A stretch of DNA of 64,000 bases from Epiperipatus broadwayi (Eukaryota; Animalia; Onychophora). Shown here in pieces: positions 63,951-64,000 of this stretch (positions are counted from its first letter, which is position 1; each line of letters starts with the position of its first letter). The stretch lies in the NCBI GenBank assembly GCA_028023455.1, contig JAQFVV010000007.1, positions 682,001 through 746,000 on the forward strand. Reading direction: 5' to 3'. The translations under genes and the position numbers were made by a program. The notes beneath the pieces were generated by a model. The model saw only the letters and a list, made by a program, of their open reading frames with translations, was not told the origin of the DNA and did no database searches.

Positions 63951-64000
63951 ATAGTATTTGTATACTATACAATGAAAATTTTCAAAGAATTCTAACTATA

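Overview
Very AT-rich eukaryotic, probably metazoan, genomic DNA made up mostly of old and young transposable elements. Only one host exon is clear: a + strand cyclic-nucleotide-binding-domain exon (CNBD2-like) at 28934-29090. The main feature is a ~23 kb cluster (31027-53921) of eight non-LTR retrotransposon copies on the - strand, arranged head-to-tail. They are L1/Tx1-like (APE, RT with YMDD, C-terminal CCHC zinc finger, zinc-knuckle ORF1) and come from at least four divergent subfamilies. Every copy is separated from the next by a (TAC)n/(TAG)n-derived trinucleotide tract of 25 bp to 2.5 kb. Two copies are full length: A (42039-47624) is nearly intact and carries an 18-bp target-site duplication inside the microsatellite; B (47656-53687) is more decayed. 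The other six are 5'-truncated stubs, several with identical breakpoints. The most likely new system here is a (TAG)n-microsatellite-targeted retrotransposon lineage that builds tandem arrays and structured repeat expansions. Elsewhere in the window are a poly(A)-tailed L1/Tx1 fragment whose empty-site paralog is also present, two long foldback palindromes, a CACTAG-ended MITE, elements sitting in (TA)n runs, and decayed LINE, Tc1 and hAT remnants. All comparisons were made by eye; no database searches were run.
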